Source: Candidatus Bathyarchaeia archaeon (GTDB lineage Archaea; Thermoproteota; Bathyarchaeia; Bathyarchaeales; Bathycorpusculaceae). From it: 64,000 bases of DNA. The translations under genes were made by a program, and so were the position numbers. The stretch lies in NCBI GenBank assembly GCA_049515895.1, contig JBEKTQ010000019.1:1-64000 (forward strand), given 5' to 3'. The notes under the pieces are model-generated. The model was given only the letters and a program-made list of their open reading frames with translations. It searched no databases and was not told the origin of the DNA. Every line of letters begins with the position of its first letter. Positions within the stretch are counted from its first letter, which is position 1. Shown piece after piece: positions 1 through 9,404 of this stretch.

Positions 1-3
1 GCG

Positions 4-531
4 GTGACATTTACAATCGGCGCGGCTTCAAGTATAACTTGGAACTGGCAGACTCAATACTTGATATCGTTCGTTTCCAATCCTTCGGGCACAGGCACGC
101 TAAGTCCCTCAGGCACAAATGTTTGGGAAAACACTGGGTCTCTTTCAATATTCGCCTCCACAACCTACGTTGGCTACATATTCTCTTCATGGTCATCAAG
201 CACAGGCAGCATAACGTTTGAAATTCCATCTGGTTCTTCTACAGTAGCAACGATAAATGGGCCTGGAACGATAACCGCTAACTTTGCAAGTGCACCAACT
301 CCTACACCGACACCCGTACCCACGCCTACCCCAACCAACTCTCCATCACCATCTCCAAAACCAACTCCTACGATTTCACCGACCACTAAACCCACATCTT
401 CTCCGACGCAGACTTCATCACCTGCCAACGGCAACGCCACAATTCTTTATGTTTCAGTAGGCGTAGTTATTGCAATTGTTGTAGTCGGATTAGCTGCGAC
501 CCTTTTCCTGAAGGGAAGAAAGCCAAAGTAA
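4..531 (+). CDS. C-terminal part of a membrane-anchored surface protein (Ig/InlB-B-repeat-like domain, Pro/Thr linker, TM anchor); truncated by window start
   Basis: Beta-rich repeat (GYIFSSW...TITANF), PTPTPT linker, hydrophobic C-terminal helix followed by KGRKPK. Confidence 0.8.
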   Translation: MTFTIGAASSITWNWQTQYLISFVSNPSGTGTLSPSGTNVWENTGSLSIFASTTYVGYIFSSWSSSTGSITFEIPSGSSTVATINGPGTITANFASAPTPTPTPVPTPTPTNSPSPSPKPTPTISPTTKPTSSPTQTSSPANGNATILYVSVGVVIAIVVVGLAATLFLKGRKPK

Positions 532-782
532 AAATCCTAAGACTTCCCACTTTTTCAATATTTTGCCCAACATGAATAAAGTACCTGCCAAAGCAAACTC
601 AATTCCCAGTTCAAAACTATAATGCTTTAATGCCCGTTGAGGCGGTCGCATTCAAAACTTATCCAATCGAAAACCTCAGGCACCCGAAAACGCAAATTAT
701 GATGTGCCTTCGAGAATTGACAAATTTGCAAAGTACACTTCTCAGCAAACCTTATTTCAAGTTTCAATGTAATTGCTTAGCT

Positions 783-923
783 ATGCTCAAACGAAATAGA
801 GTAGCCTCATTGCTCATGTTGCCTTTTGCTGTTTTCACATGGATGATCGGATGGATCATGTGTGAAGCAGGCGAAAAAAAGGTAACTCTGCAAAACAAAA
901 AACCTCAAAATCGAATGATTTAG
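783..923 (+). CDS. Small single-TM protein (46 aa), paralog of 5689..5871
   Basis: MLKRNRVASLLMLPFAVFTWMIGWIMCEAGEKK aligns with MRKRRPAISLLAMPIVVLIWFIGWSLFWFGEKK. Confidence 0.6.
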   Translation: MLKRNRVASLLMLPFAVFTWMIGWIMCEAGEKKVTLQNKKPQNRMI

Positions 924-1268
924 CTCAAGTTTACCGTTTCGCACGCATTAGCAGACATTTTCTTAATTCTGGCTCAACGCTCTAATCAAAAAGTCCGTCC
1001 CCATCGCTAAAACCCGGCATGTATGATAAGACGAATCGACATAGTCCTCTGCGGGCAAGGCGAATTGAGGTATTTCATGTAGCCTAAGTCGCTCAGTGGC
1101 GTTCCGAAAGAATTAGAAAAATCTGCGCACGCAAATTTTAACTCAATATTTTTTGAGCAATTTTCGTCCCCATATAGGCTTGAGTTTGAAGGAAACAAGT
1201 ATCTAATAATCCAAAAAGGCATTCATCACTGAGAATATATATTAATTGAAATAGCACAGATGGTATAG

Positions 1269-2057
1269 ATGCTTCAAATCAAGAAAACGAGAACCAACCA
1301 AGATGTAGTAACGGTGGTCATGATAGGCGTAGTCCTCATAACCGGTGTAATCATGATAGTTTTCTCGGCCTTGGATGGATCATCATTTCTGGCTATTTTG
1401 GGAGTTTCCGTAGCTTTCTGGAGTGCGCTACTTCTTTTCTTTACCCCGACAAAACACACATTTCTCGCCCTATTGAAGGCTTCTGCAAGCGCCGGCGGAA
1501 GCAACATTGAACGATCCCTCATTGAATTCAATTCGCCTGAAAGGGGCGTGTACTTGCCGCCCCAAAACATTCGGAACTTCGAATCTAGTCTCGTATTCGT
1601 ACCAAAAACGGCTCAGATGGCATTGCCCAAGGCTAATGAAACAAGCGATAAGTTGTTTGCTGAGAAAAAAAACGGGTTGTTTCTTACTCCTCCGGGGCTT
1701 GCTCTTTCGATGATGTTTGAACGTGAACTCGGTTTGTCTTTTAGAAAAATTAGTCTTCCTCAAATGCAAACAATAATTACGAAACTAATCCGTAACCTGA
1801 AATTTGCAGAGAATGCTCAGGTTCGAATTGAAGATAAAGTCATAACCTTAGAAGTAACTGGCAGCATATTTAACGCGCTTTGCCAAGAGACTCGGGATAG
1901 TCAACCCAGGACTCATTTACAAGTCGGATGCATTTTGGTAAGTGCCTTCGCATGCGCGCTTGCCAAAGCCTCCGATAAACCTATAACAATTCAAAAGGAT
2001 ACGCTGAACCCTGAAACCAAAACGCTCGTCGTTGAGTATCGTATGGAAGAAGTGTAG
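1269..2057 (+). CDS. Hypothetical membrane protein (2 N-terminal TM, C-terminal V4R-like domain)
   Basis: 262-aa ORF; two hydrophobic helices; C-terminal C...GC...SA.ACALAK pattern reminiscent of V4R. Confidence 0.7.
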   Translation: MLQIKKTRTNQDVVTVVMIGVVLITGVIMIVFSALDGSSFLAILGVSVAFWSALLLFFTPTKHTFLALLKASASAGGSNIERSLIEFNSPERGVYLPPQNIRNFESSLVFVPKTAQMALPKANETSDKLFAEKKNGLFLTPPGLALSMMFERELGLSFRKISLPQMQTIITKLIRNLKFAENAQVRIEDKVITLEVTGSIFNALCQETRDSQPRTHLQVGCILVSAFACALAKASDKPITIQKDTLNPETKTLVVEYRMEEV

Positions 2058-2059
2058 AT

Positions 2060-2266
2060 ATGTTACTTCCGCCATTGACCTTACAAGATATAACCATTCT
2101 CCTTGCGGTGAGCGCAATTCTTCTCCTTGTGACAGCTGAACTTGTGCCTTATGTATCGGGGGATAAGACGTTAACCTCAGATGTTAGGAAACTTCGGAAC
2201 ATGGCGTTAGTGCTGGGTGTATTGTTCTTGGCAACAATTGTCATACAATATTTTCCGTTACTTTAA
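2060..2266 (+). CDS. Small 2-TM membrane protein
   Basis: 68 aa, two hydrophobic segments, starts 2 nt after upstream stop. Confidence 0.7.
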   Translation: MLLPPLTLQDITILLAVSAILLLVTAELVPYVSGDKTLTSDVRKLRNMALVLGVLFLATIVIQYFPLL

Positions 2267-2597
2267 ACTTTCAGCTATGCACATTTGTGAGAAAAGAACT
2301 ATTATTTCCCGGTTCGCAGCATCAAAGAATAACATTTGGGTGAACTAAGTGCTGATAACCACATAATTGAATCGGCAAAGCATTTGTGCTTTCCATGGCT
2401 TTAAATTATCAGTTTCCTAAGCTCGTCCTAATTCCGCTGCTCCGATAGGCTCTCCTCTAACATTGCAAGTGTTACACATTTTCTATATGGAATAAGATAT
2501 AAAAGCGTAGAAAAAGTTTAAAATCACCGGGAACGCGTGCCAAATTGGGGCAATTAGCCCAAATCAAAGTCAACAACAAACAACAGAATGAAAAAAA

Positions 2598-5561
2598 ATG
2601 AAGAAACTACACATCCTAATAATAGCAATTCTAATTTCTTTATCAATATGCGCATTCACAAATATGAAAGTCAAAGCTGCTATTACTGTGGGTTCCGCAG
2701 CAGCGACTGCTTCACCCATAGATGCAGGTCAAAGTTCAGTTCTTTATCTTTCTTCCCCGCCAACTGGCGGCACTGGCCCTTACACATATCAGTGGTACTC
2801 AGAGGCTCCTGGAGCAACCAACTTCACAAATATTTCAGGCGCCACTGGCGCGAACTACACTTTTTCGACGCCAAGCAATGAAATCGCCGGCAACTACCAG
2901 TTTGAGGTTGAAGTAGTCGCTGGTTTAAGTTTTGCCGTTTCTTCGCCGGCGACGGTTACGGTGAATTCTGCGCTTGTCGCTCCGACTATTTCTGCTTCTG
3001 CCGGTACGGTTGATCAGGGGCAGACTAGCAGTTTAACTTCCTCTCTGGTTACGTCGGGTACATCTCCGTACACATACCAGTGGTATTCTAAGGTTGGTAC
3101 TAGTTCCTTTGCTGCTATCAGTGGCGCAACTTCTACTAGCTACAGTTTTGTTACTTCAGGTTCCACTGCAGCAGGCGTTTGGAGTTTTGAGCTTCAAGTT
3201 AATGATAGTGCCTATACCCACGCATCGGTTACTTCTACTGCGGTTTCTGTTACGGTGAATACGGCTCCGACCGTTACTGTGTCGCCCACATCTTGGACTA
3301 TGGATGTGAGCCAGAGTGAGACGTTCACTGCAACTCCTAGCGGCGGTTCAGGCACTTACACTGGTTACCAGTGGTATGTTGGCGGGTCTCCCCAGGCGGG
3401 TCAGACTGCGTCTACGTTTAGCTATTCTCCTGCTTCCTTGGGTTCTTACTCAATTACTGTGACGGTCACTGACAGTTCAGGTGTGACTTCGGCTCAGTCT
3501 TCGGCTGTAGGGGTGACCGTGCATTCTGCATTGGTTGCTCCAACTGTTACTGCCTCTGCAAGTACGGTCGATCAGGGTCAGTCTAGCAGTTTAAGTTCTG
3601 CTGCTGTTTCGACTGGTACTTCTCCGTATACTTATCAGTGGCTTGCGAAGGTTCCTGGTGCCAGTTCCTACTCGTCAATTAGCGGCGCAACTTCAGCAAG
3701 CTATTCTTTTGCCACTTCTGGCTCAACCACTACTGGCGTTTGGAGTTTTGAGCTTCAGGTAACTGATAGTGCTTCTTCTCCAACTGCTTCTACTTCTAAC
3801 TCAGTCTCGGTCACTGTGAGCGCTTCGCCGACTGTCAGTATTACTCCTGTTGGTCCAATAACCATGGATGTTAATTTGGTTCAACCTTTTACAGCATCTC
3901 CTAGTGGCGGTTCTGGCACTCTATCTTATCAATGGTACCTGGACGGTTCTCCAGTTGGCTCAGGAAGCGCAAGCTATTCTTATACTGCTGCCACGGAAGG
4001 TTCGCGTTCGATTACTTGTAAGGTGACGGATAGTGCCTCTACTCCAGTTACGTCTCCCGCTTCTAATGCGGTTTCTGTTACAGTGAATTCTGCTTTGGTG
4101 GCTCCAACTGTTACGGCTACTCCTGGTACGATAAATCAAGGTCAGACTAGCACTTTATCTTCTTCTTCAGTCACGACGGGTACTTCTCCTTACACGTATC
4201 AATGGTTTGAGAAGGCCCCTAGTGGCAATTATGCTGCACAAGGTTCAAACTCTACAAGTTTCAGTTTTGTTACTTCAGCTGTCACGGTCACTGGCATTTG
4301 GAGTTTCTATCTTCAGGTAAGGGATAATTTGGGCGCTGCGGTAAACTCCGCTGCTGTTTCAGTTACGGTGGATTCTTCCACGCTGGATCATTTTGTGTTT
4401 AGCTCTATTGGTACTCAAACTGCGGGCACGGCATTTGTCATCACAATCATAGCTAAAGGTCCTTCGAACAACACGCTTACGAGTTATACTGGAAGTAACA
4501 CTCTGAGTGTTTCAACCGGAACCATTAGTCCCGCCAACACTGGAAACTTTTCAAATGGCGTTTGGACGGGCTCAGTAACATTGACTAGCGCCGGTTCAAA
4601 CGTTATAATCACCACCACTGGTTCCGGCATGTCTGGAAATAGTGGCAGTTTCACGGTTAATCCCGGTGCCCTCAACCACTTCTCTTTCAGTACTGTTGGT
4701 AGTCAAACTGCCGATTCTGCTTTCAGCATAACGGTTACGGCCCAGGATGCGTCTAACAATACAGTAACAAGCTACGCAGGTACCCCTACCTTGACGTATT
4801 CTGCGGGGTCAATTAGTCCAACCACAATGACTGTTTTTGTCAGCGGCGTAGGGTCAACTTCAGTTACGGTAACTGCAGCCGGTTCAGGAGTTACTATCAC
4901 CGCCACCGACGGTACTCACGCCGGCACTAGTAACACGTTTACTGTAACATTGGCGCCAACGCCCACACCGACAGCGACTCCTACTCCGACACCAATATCA
5001 TCGCCCTCACCAACTTCAGCGCCAACCCCAACTCCATCTCCAACTCCTAAACCCGGAGCCGTTCCTACCCCAACGCCATCACCTACTCCAACTCCGTCAT
5101 CAAAAACTGTGTCTGCAACGACTGGTTCCGGCGCAACAATTAACCTTAGTATCAGCGGGAATGTAACTAGTTCGCAGATATCTAATGCAACAATCACTTC
5201 ATACCCGACCGCCAAAACAACCACGGTGTCCTTTACAATAACTGGGCCAAGCCAGACAACAGGCTTTATCAACATGACTATTCCAAAAACTGCCATACAT
5301 TACGGAGCCAGCCCAGTTGTATACATCGACGGCCTTCAGGCTCCATACCAGAGCTACACTCAAGACAAAGCTAACTTTTACGTTTGGTTCACCACAAGCT
5401 TTAGCATACATCAAGTGTCGATACAATTCCTAGGGCTACCAATTTCGTCAGGGTCAATGTTGTCACCTGTGCTTGCCGTCGGCATAACCGTCCCAGAAAT
5501 TATTTCAATTTACACAGTTATAGCCTTCAGACGGTTAAGACGAAAACCTGACAACGCATAA
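2598..5561 (+). CDS. Large surface protein with tandem Ig/PKD-like repeats, Pro/Thr linker, conserved C-terminal domain and TM anchor
   Basis: Signal peptide; repeated GTSPYTYQW...GVWSFELQVTDS units; PT linker; C-terminal hydrophobic helix and basic tail. Confidence 0.9.
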   Translation: MKKLHILIIAILISLSICAFTNMKVKAAITVGSAAATASPIDAGQSSVLYLSSPPTGGTGPYTYQWYSEAPGATNFTNISGATGANYTFSTPSNEIAGNYQFEVEVVAGLSFAVSSPATVTVNSALVAPTISASAGTVDQGQTSSLTSSLVTSGTSPYTYQWYSKVGTSSFAAISGATSTSYSFVTSGSTAAGVWSFELQVNDSAYTHASVTSTAVSVTVNTAPTVTVSPTSWTMDVSQSETFTATPSGGSGTYTGYQWYVGGSPQAGQTASTFSYSPASLGSYSITVTVTDSSGVTSAQSSAVGVTVHSALVAPTVTASASTVDQGQSSSLSSAAVSTGTSPYTYQWLAKVPGASSYSSISGATSASYSFATSGSTTTGVWSFELQVTDSASSPTASTSNSVSVTVSASPTVSITPVGPITMDVNLVQPFTASPSGGSGTLSYQWYLDGSPVGSGSASYSYTAATEGSRSITCKVTDSASTPVTSPASNAVSVTVNSALVAPTVTATPGTINQGQTSTLSSSSVTTGTSPYTYQWFEKAPSGNYAAQGSNSTSFSFVTSAVTVTGIWSFYLQVRDNLGAAVNSAAVSVTVDSSTLDHFVFSSIGTQTAGTAFVITIIAKGPSNNTLTSYTGSNTLSVSTGTISPANTGNFSNGVWTGSVTLTSAGSNVIITTTGSGMSGNSGSFTVNPGALNHFSFSTVGSQTADSAFSITVTAQDASNNTVTSYAGTPTLTYSAGSISPTTMTVFVSGVGSTSVTVTAAGSGVTITATDGTHAGTSNTFTVTLAPTPTPTATPTPTPISSPSPTSAPTPTPSPTPKPGAVPTPTPSPTPTPSSKTVSATTGSGATINLSISGNVTSSQISNATITSYPTAKTTTVSFTITGPSQTTGFINMTIPKTAIHYGASPVVYIDGLQAPYQSYTQDKANFYVWFTTSFSIHQVSIQFLGLPISSGSMLSPVLAVGITVPEIISIYTVIAFRRLRRKPDNA

Positions 5562-5688
5562 TTAGATCCCAGAAAGTAGCAGCTTCAGTTTCAAGTTGCA
5601 GCTTGTTTTTCTCCAAACTACTTGATCAGAAAATGAATTTCCATATGTGCTAAGGGAACATCGATTTTAGATCAAACCAATCACGAGT

Positions 5689-5871
5689 CTACCCCTTGTC
5701 AACTGTCGGTAGCGCGCACGAACAGAATGGTGAAATTTCTTTTTTATAGGCTGAGTCAGGTTTTAATTTTTTCTTTTTTTCTCCAAACCAAAAGAGACTC
5801 CATCCTATAAACCAAATAAGAACTACGATAGGCATGGCCAGCAAAGAGATGGCAGGTCTTCTCTTCCGCAT
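5689..5871 (-). CDS. Small single-TM protein, paralog of 783..923
   Basis: Shared SLL.MP...W.IGW....GEKK motif. Confidence 0.6.
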   Translation of the reverse strand: MRKRRPAISLLAMPIVVLIWFIGWSLFWFGEKKKKLKPDSAYKKEISPFCSCALPTVDKG

Positions 5872-6327
5872 AGCGGACAATTATTTTGCCTGACCTTATA
5901 TTGCTTTATAATATTCGCATGTATATGATGATAATTAATTGCCTCTTTGTATCAGTTTGAAAGCAAATATTCGGGTCTGCATTTTATTAAGAGACAGGTT
6001 AATTGGGGGTTTAAGTCAAGAATTAGGCTGAAATAAAGGCTTCTGCTTGATTGTATAGAACTGTCAGAATAGTTATCAATGGTGTTCACTTAAACAGTTT
6101 GTTCATTAATTCTTGCAATTTTGACGTTTGCCGAAATGGAAATGATTGGTTTTTTTGCAATATGCTTTCATGTTTATGTATATCAAAGAAGGCTAGAAAA
6201 TGACAAGTCAGATTGGTGGCTGGATTTTCATGGATTATTTGTTATCGGGCAAGCGGTGAGATATGAGTCTTCAAAAATTGCAGAATTAAATCTGTTTCAT
6301 TCTATAAAAGGGAAATTGGGTGAAGCT

Positions 6328-6819
6328 TTAGCCTGTTCCCGACATCGAGATTGAGTTGCTGAACGATGTGATGCCTGCAATGTTTGAGGAAACGGTTAAA
6401 GTTAAAATAGCAGGTATTAATTGTCCGGGTGATAGTTGTGTTCCCTGCTGATTCCAACTTATGGTAATGTAGGTGTTTGCTCCCTTGGGGCTCCAGTTGC
6501 TTGTGGCTAAGCTCAGCGTTATTACACTTGCGCCTGTGTCTTTTACGTAGACGGTTTGGTTTACACTGTCTCCTGGGGTTAAACTGCCCCAGCTTATTGA
6601 AGTCATGTTAGTTGTGCATCGGCTGTCGCAATACACGCCTATGTTGGATGTGGTCATGATTGTTCCGGAGGAAGACATTTTCTGGTTGACCTTTACGGCA
6701 AGTGTTTCTGAGGGGGAACCGTTCGGGTTGAGGCTTATGGCTCCGAATGTTAAGCCACCTATGACACACGCGTCTATTATTAGGATGAGGACTATAAGGT
6801 GCACTGTACGCGTTTCCAT
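6328..6819 (-). CDS. Secreted single beta-sandwich protein (pilin-like candidate)
   Basis: N-terminal hydrophobic segment; Ser/Thr-rich beta-strands; CDSRC and ISWGSLTPG motifs. Confidence 0.7.
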   Translation of the reverse strand: METRTVHLIVLILIIDACVIGGLTFGAISLNPNGSPSETLAVKVNQKMSSSGTIMTTSNIGVYCDSRCTTNMTSISWGSLTPGDSVNQTVYVKDTGASVITLSLATSNWSPKGANTYITISWNQQGTQLSPGQLIPAILTLTVSSNIAGITSFSNSISMSGTG

Positions 6820-7164
6820 GAGGTTCTACACCATTATGTAGAAAGTTTGTGTATTAAGACTTAATAAACATTATTGATTTGTGGTCCACCTGCACACCCG
6901 CACATCACAAATACAAAAAACAAACCCAAAGAGAAAAAATACCAAAAAACATCATATACACAACAAAGCCGCAACCAACCTTAACTCAAAACATCACTAA
7001 GAACGATGAAACCACTTTTGCCACTTAGAATAAAAACACAACCATAGGAGGTAATTGGTCACTTTCAGGACTTAAGTCGTTAGTTATAGAAAACGATACT
7101 GTAAATTCTAGAATAATCGTTAAATAGTTCGGGAGCGAAACGATGAATTGAGAGGAAGAAAGAA

Positions 7165-7611
7165 GTGATTGCTAGCCAGCCGCCCAATGCTCCATTGAAT
7201 GAGTCCTTTAAGAGCAAGGCTGAAGCTCAGAAGAAGTTGGTTGAGGAGCTAAAAGTTCAATGGAAGCTTTTATGGAGTGAGCGTTTTGATGACAAAGAGC
7301 TGGCTGAAGGGGTTTCGGTAAATGACTATTCAATTTTGCGTGTTGAGAGAGGTACCGTTATTCACGCAACCAGGAACTTTAAAGCGTTGAGTTTCAAGGA
7401 GATTCTTGAACAGCACATGGTTGAAAACCCTGATCGCTTTGTTCAGCCAGAAACTAACGCAGGCGGTTGGAGCAAGTTCATAAAGAAAGAAATAACTAAT
7501 CAAAGTCTCCCGAAACGTGGTAAACGTGCCGCTTCTTATCTTGCTGAAAAACCCGATAAACCCGTTTCACAACAACCTAAAAAAGGCGGACGGGGATGGC
7601 TCCACTTCTAA
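7165..7611 (+). CDS. Hypothetical protein
   Basis: 148-aa ORF, GAGG upstream, protein-like composition. Confidence 0.7.
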   Translation: MIASQPPNAPLNESFKSKAEAQKKLVEELKVQWKLLWSERFDDKELAEGVSVNDYSILRVERGTVIHATRNFKALSFKEILEQHMVENPDRFVQPETNAGGWSKFIKKEITNQSLPKRGKRAASYLAEKPDKPVSQQPKKGGRGWLHF

Positions 7612-7676
7612 CTTTTTAAGGCTAAAAGTTTGATTATTGTCACTTGCTGCCGTTCGATTAGCAATACAAGCTAGCC

Positions 7677-8246
7677 TTATGGGTTGCTTTTAAGCCAGAT
7701 TGGTTTTCCATTTAACACTTCTCTTTCTGGGGGTTCAGGGCAAAGTAAATCTAAGGCTGAAAAAACGCTTTTCTCCGTTTCTCCAGCCACTGCTGCACCG
7801 TCCTTTATTAGTCCAGTACTGTACTTTAGTCTGTACCCTTTGGATAGAGCGTAGCCTGCTAGCCACATGTTATGGTCAGCTGAACCCGTGCGTATTAGCT
7901 CTTGAACACCAAAAGTTTTTGGCGTTGCCCGGTAAAAGTCAACTTGAAAAAAGCCTCCTTCAACTGGATAGTTGAGTTTTATTAGGCTTGGACCTGAGCA
8001 GATAACTTCGGATTTTTTTAGCGCCTGGACAATTTTAGCCCAATTCGCATCTGTCGCTAATACTACAAAGTCACAGTCGCCGACCGTTGGCTTCTTCCGT
8101 CTGATGCTTCCAACGATCTTCAGCTTATCACACAGCGGCTTGATTGCTTCTTCAACTTGCAAGGCAACTGCTTCCGCCTTTGCATGCTCAAGCGAAGCCA
8201 AAACAGCTGGATCCTTGTCTAAGCCAAACAATTTAGCTTGCTTCAT
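7677..8246 (-). CDS. Minimal family X DNA polymerase / Pol beta-like nucleotidyltransferase (palm and thumb only)
   Basis: VGSIRR...GDCDFVV catalytic motif, QVDF third Asp, RTGSADHN..L...A..KGY.L thumb motif, ETEKSVFSALDL..PEPPER. Confidence 0.85.
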   Translation of the reverse strand: MKQAKLFGLDKDPAVLASLEHAKAEAVALQVEEAIKPLCDKLKIVGSIRRKKPTVGDCDFVVLATDANWAKIVQALKKSEVICSGPSLIKLNYPVEGGFFQVDFYRATPKTFGVQELIRTGSADHNMWLAGYALSKGYRLKYSTGLIKDGAAVAGETEKSVFSALDLLCPEPPEREVLNGKPIWLKSNP

Positions 8247-8504
8247 GGGTCGTCTTCCCTATTAATCAAGGGAGAAAAACATGATTTGTACCTTAAAAAG
8301 CAAACGCAGAAACTGCTGCCTTTGATAGGAGAGGGAAAAGTGAAAGTGAATGACCATTATTCAGCGGAGCCATTGGGAAGATTAATCGTTGTTTTCGTGG
8401 TCAGAAGGCGATTTTTCTTGCGTAACGGCGCTTTGATTAGCCATTGAGTTATGAGCACGTTTATTTTCTTTTTCCTTGGGATATTTTTAGATTTTTTCGA
8501 TATG

Positions 8505-8735
8505 GGCAGCGTATTTCTCCCGTTTTTTAATCATTCAAACTTTTGACTTTAGTTGACTTTTATTGACTTTCGTAGACGATGGCGGACGATAGGAGACTTT
8601 AGGAGACTTTGGCAGACTATAAGAGACTTTCGGAGACGATGGGAGACTTTAGCAGACGATAGGAGACGCAACCCAAAGCCAATACAAGCTTTTCCACAAA
8701 AAAGCAACCCAAAACGCAAAGAACAAATTTACAAA
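8505..8735 (-). repeat. Dispersed element copy 1: conserved leader, 13 x 10-bp GTC-core array (8541-8670) and tail shared with copy 3
   Basis: GAC at positions 5-7 of 13 consecutive decamers; leader GCAACCCAAAACGCAAAGAACAAATTT; 8512-8557 is the reverse complement of the end of copy 3. Confidence 0.9.
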
Positions 8736-8860
8736 GTTAACCACGCGCAGAAGCAACAAAGCCAGCGCAAAAGTCTGTTGGATAACGCTGTTTGTAGGTA
8801 GAAAGATTTAATTATTTATGGTTTCTGTTGGTTTCATATTAATGGAGGATAGAAAAAGAA

Positions 8861-9139
8861 ATGCCTACCTGCCCACATTGTGGCACCATTGTTCCTGAAG
8901 GTGCTGTTTACTGTGGCAACTGTGGAGCTACATTAAACTCCCCAACGGCTTCTACGTCTTCAACTGCCCAATCTCAAACTTCTCAGCCATCAGACTGGTC
9001 AAACAATCCAAACATGGCCAGCGGCGACATGCAAGCGCGATATGAAAAAGCAATAAAGCGAACAGAGCAGCTCAGCTACGCAACGGCGGGACTTGGAGTA
9101 GCAATCCTTGTTGTTCTACTAGCACTCTCTTTTCTGTAG
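8861..9139 (+). CDS. Zinc-ribbon protein with C-terminal TM helix
   Basis: CPHCG...YCGNCG; GGAGG RBS; hydrophobic C-terminus. Confidence 0.85.
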   Translation: MPTCPHCGTIVPEGAVYCGNCGATLNSPTASTSSTAQSQTSQPSDWSNNPNMASGDMQARYEKAIKRTEQLSYATAGLGVAILVVLLALSFL

Positions 9140-9182
9140 GAAGAGAGGAAAAGCAGGAAAATGATGCTGTGAGGTGGTAAGT

Positions 9183-9287
9183 TTGGATAGCTCTCTTGAA
9201 CAGACGGTTAAAAGAATAGAACGAATAAACAGGGTTCTTTGGATAGCAGTTGTCGTGGAAGCGGTCATTCTTGTCCTATTTTTATAG
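9183..9287 (+). CDS. 34-aa TM microprotein (not in ORF track)
   Basis: GAGGTG RBS, TTG start, LDSSLEQTVKRIERINRVLWIAVVVEAVILVLFL; resembles the C-terminus of the upstream gene. Confidence 0.6.
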   Translation: MDSSLEQTVKRIERINRVLWIAVVVEAVILVLFL

Positions 9288-9404
9288 ATCAAATTCCACA
9301 TCTGCATTTTTATTATTTTTGAGTGGGGGGTCATCAAAAATTAGGCAAAACTAATTTGGCATTCTTCAGATTAGCAGCAGTACGGCTCTTTCTTCATGTT
9401 TGAT

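Noticed and set aside
6890-6990. Further copies of the array leader (also 48040-48090, 63920-63985)
   Set aside because: Similar T/G-skewed composition but no GGGTTGC core in register and no decamer array
8541-8670. Decamer arrays as CRISPR arrays
   Set aside because: Units are 10 bp and contiguous, with no unique spacers and no cas genes
8553-8801. 82-aa ORF with DFRRRW repeats
   Set aside because: It is a translation of the decamer array; a 10-bp unit is not codon-phased and the ORF is not evidently kept in other copies
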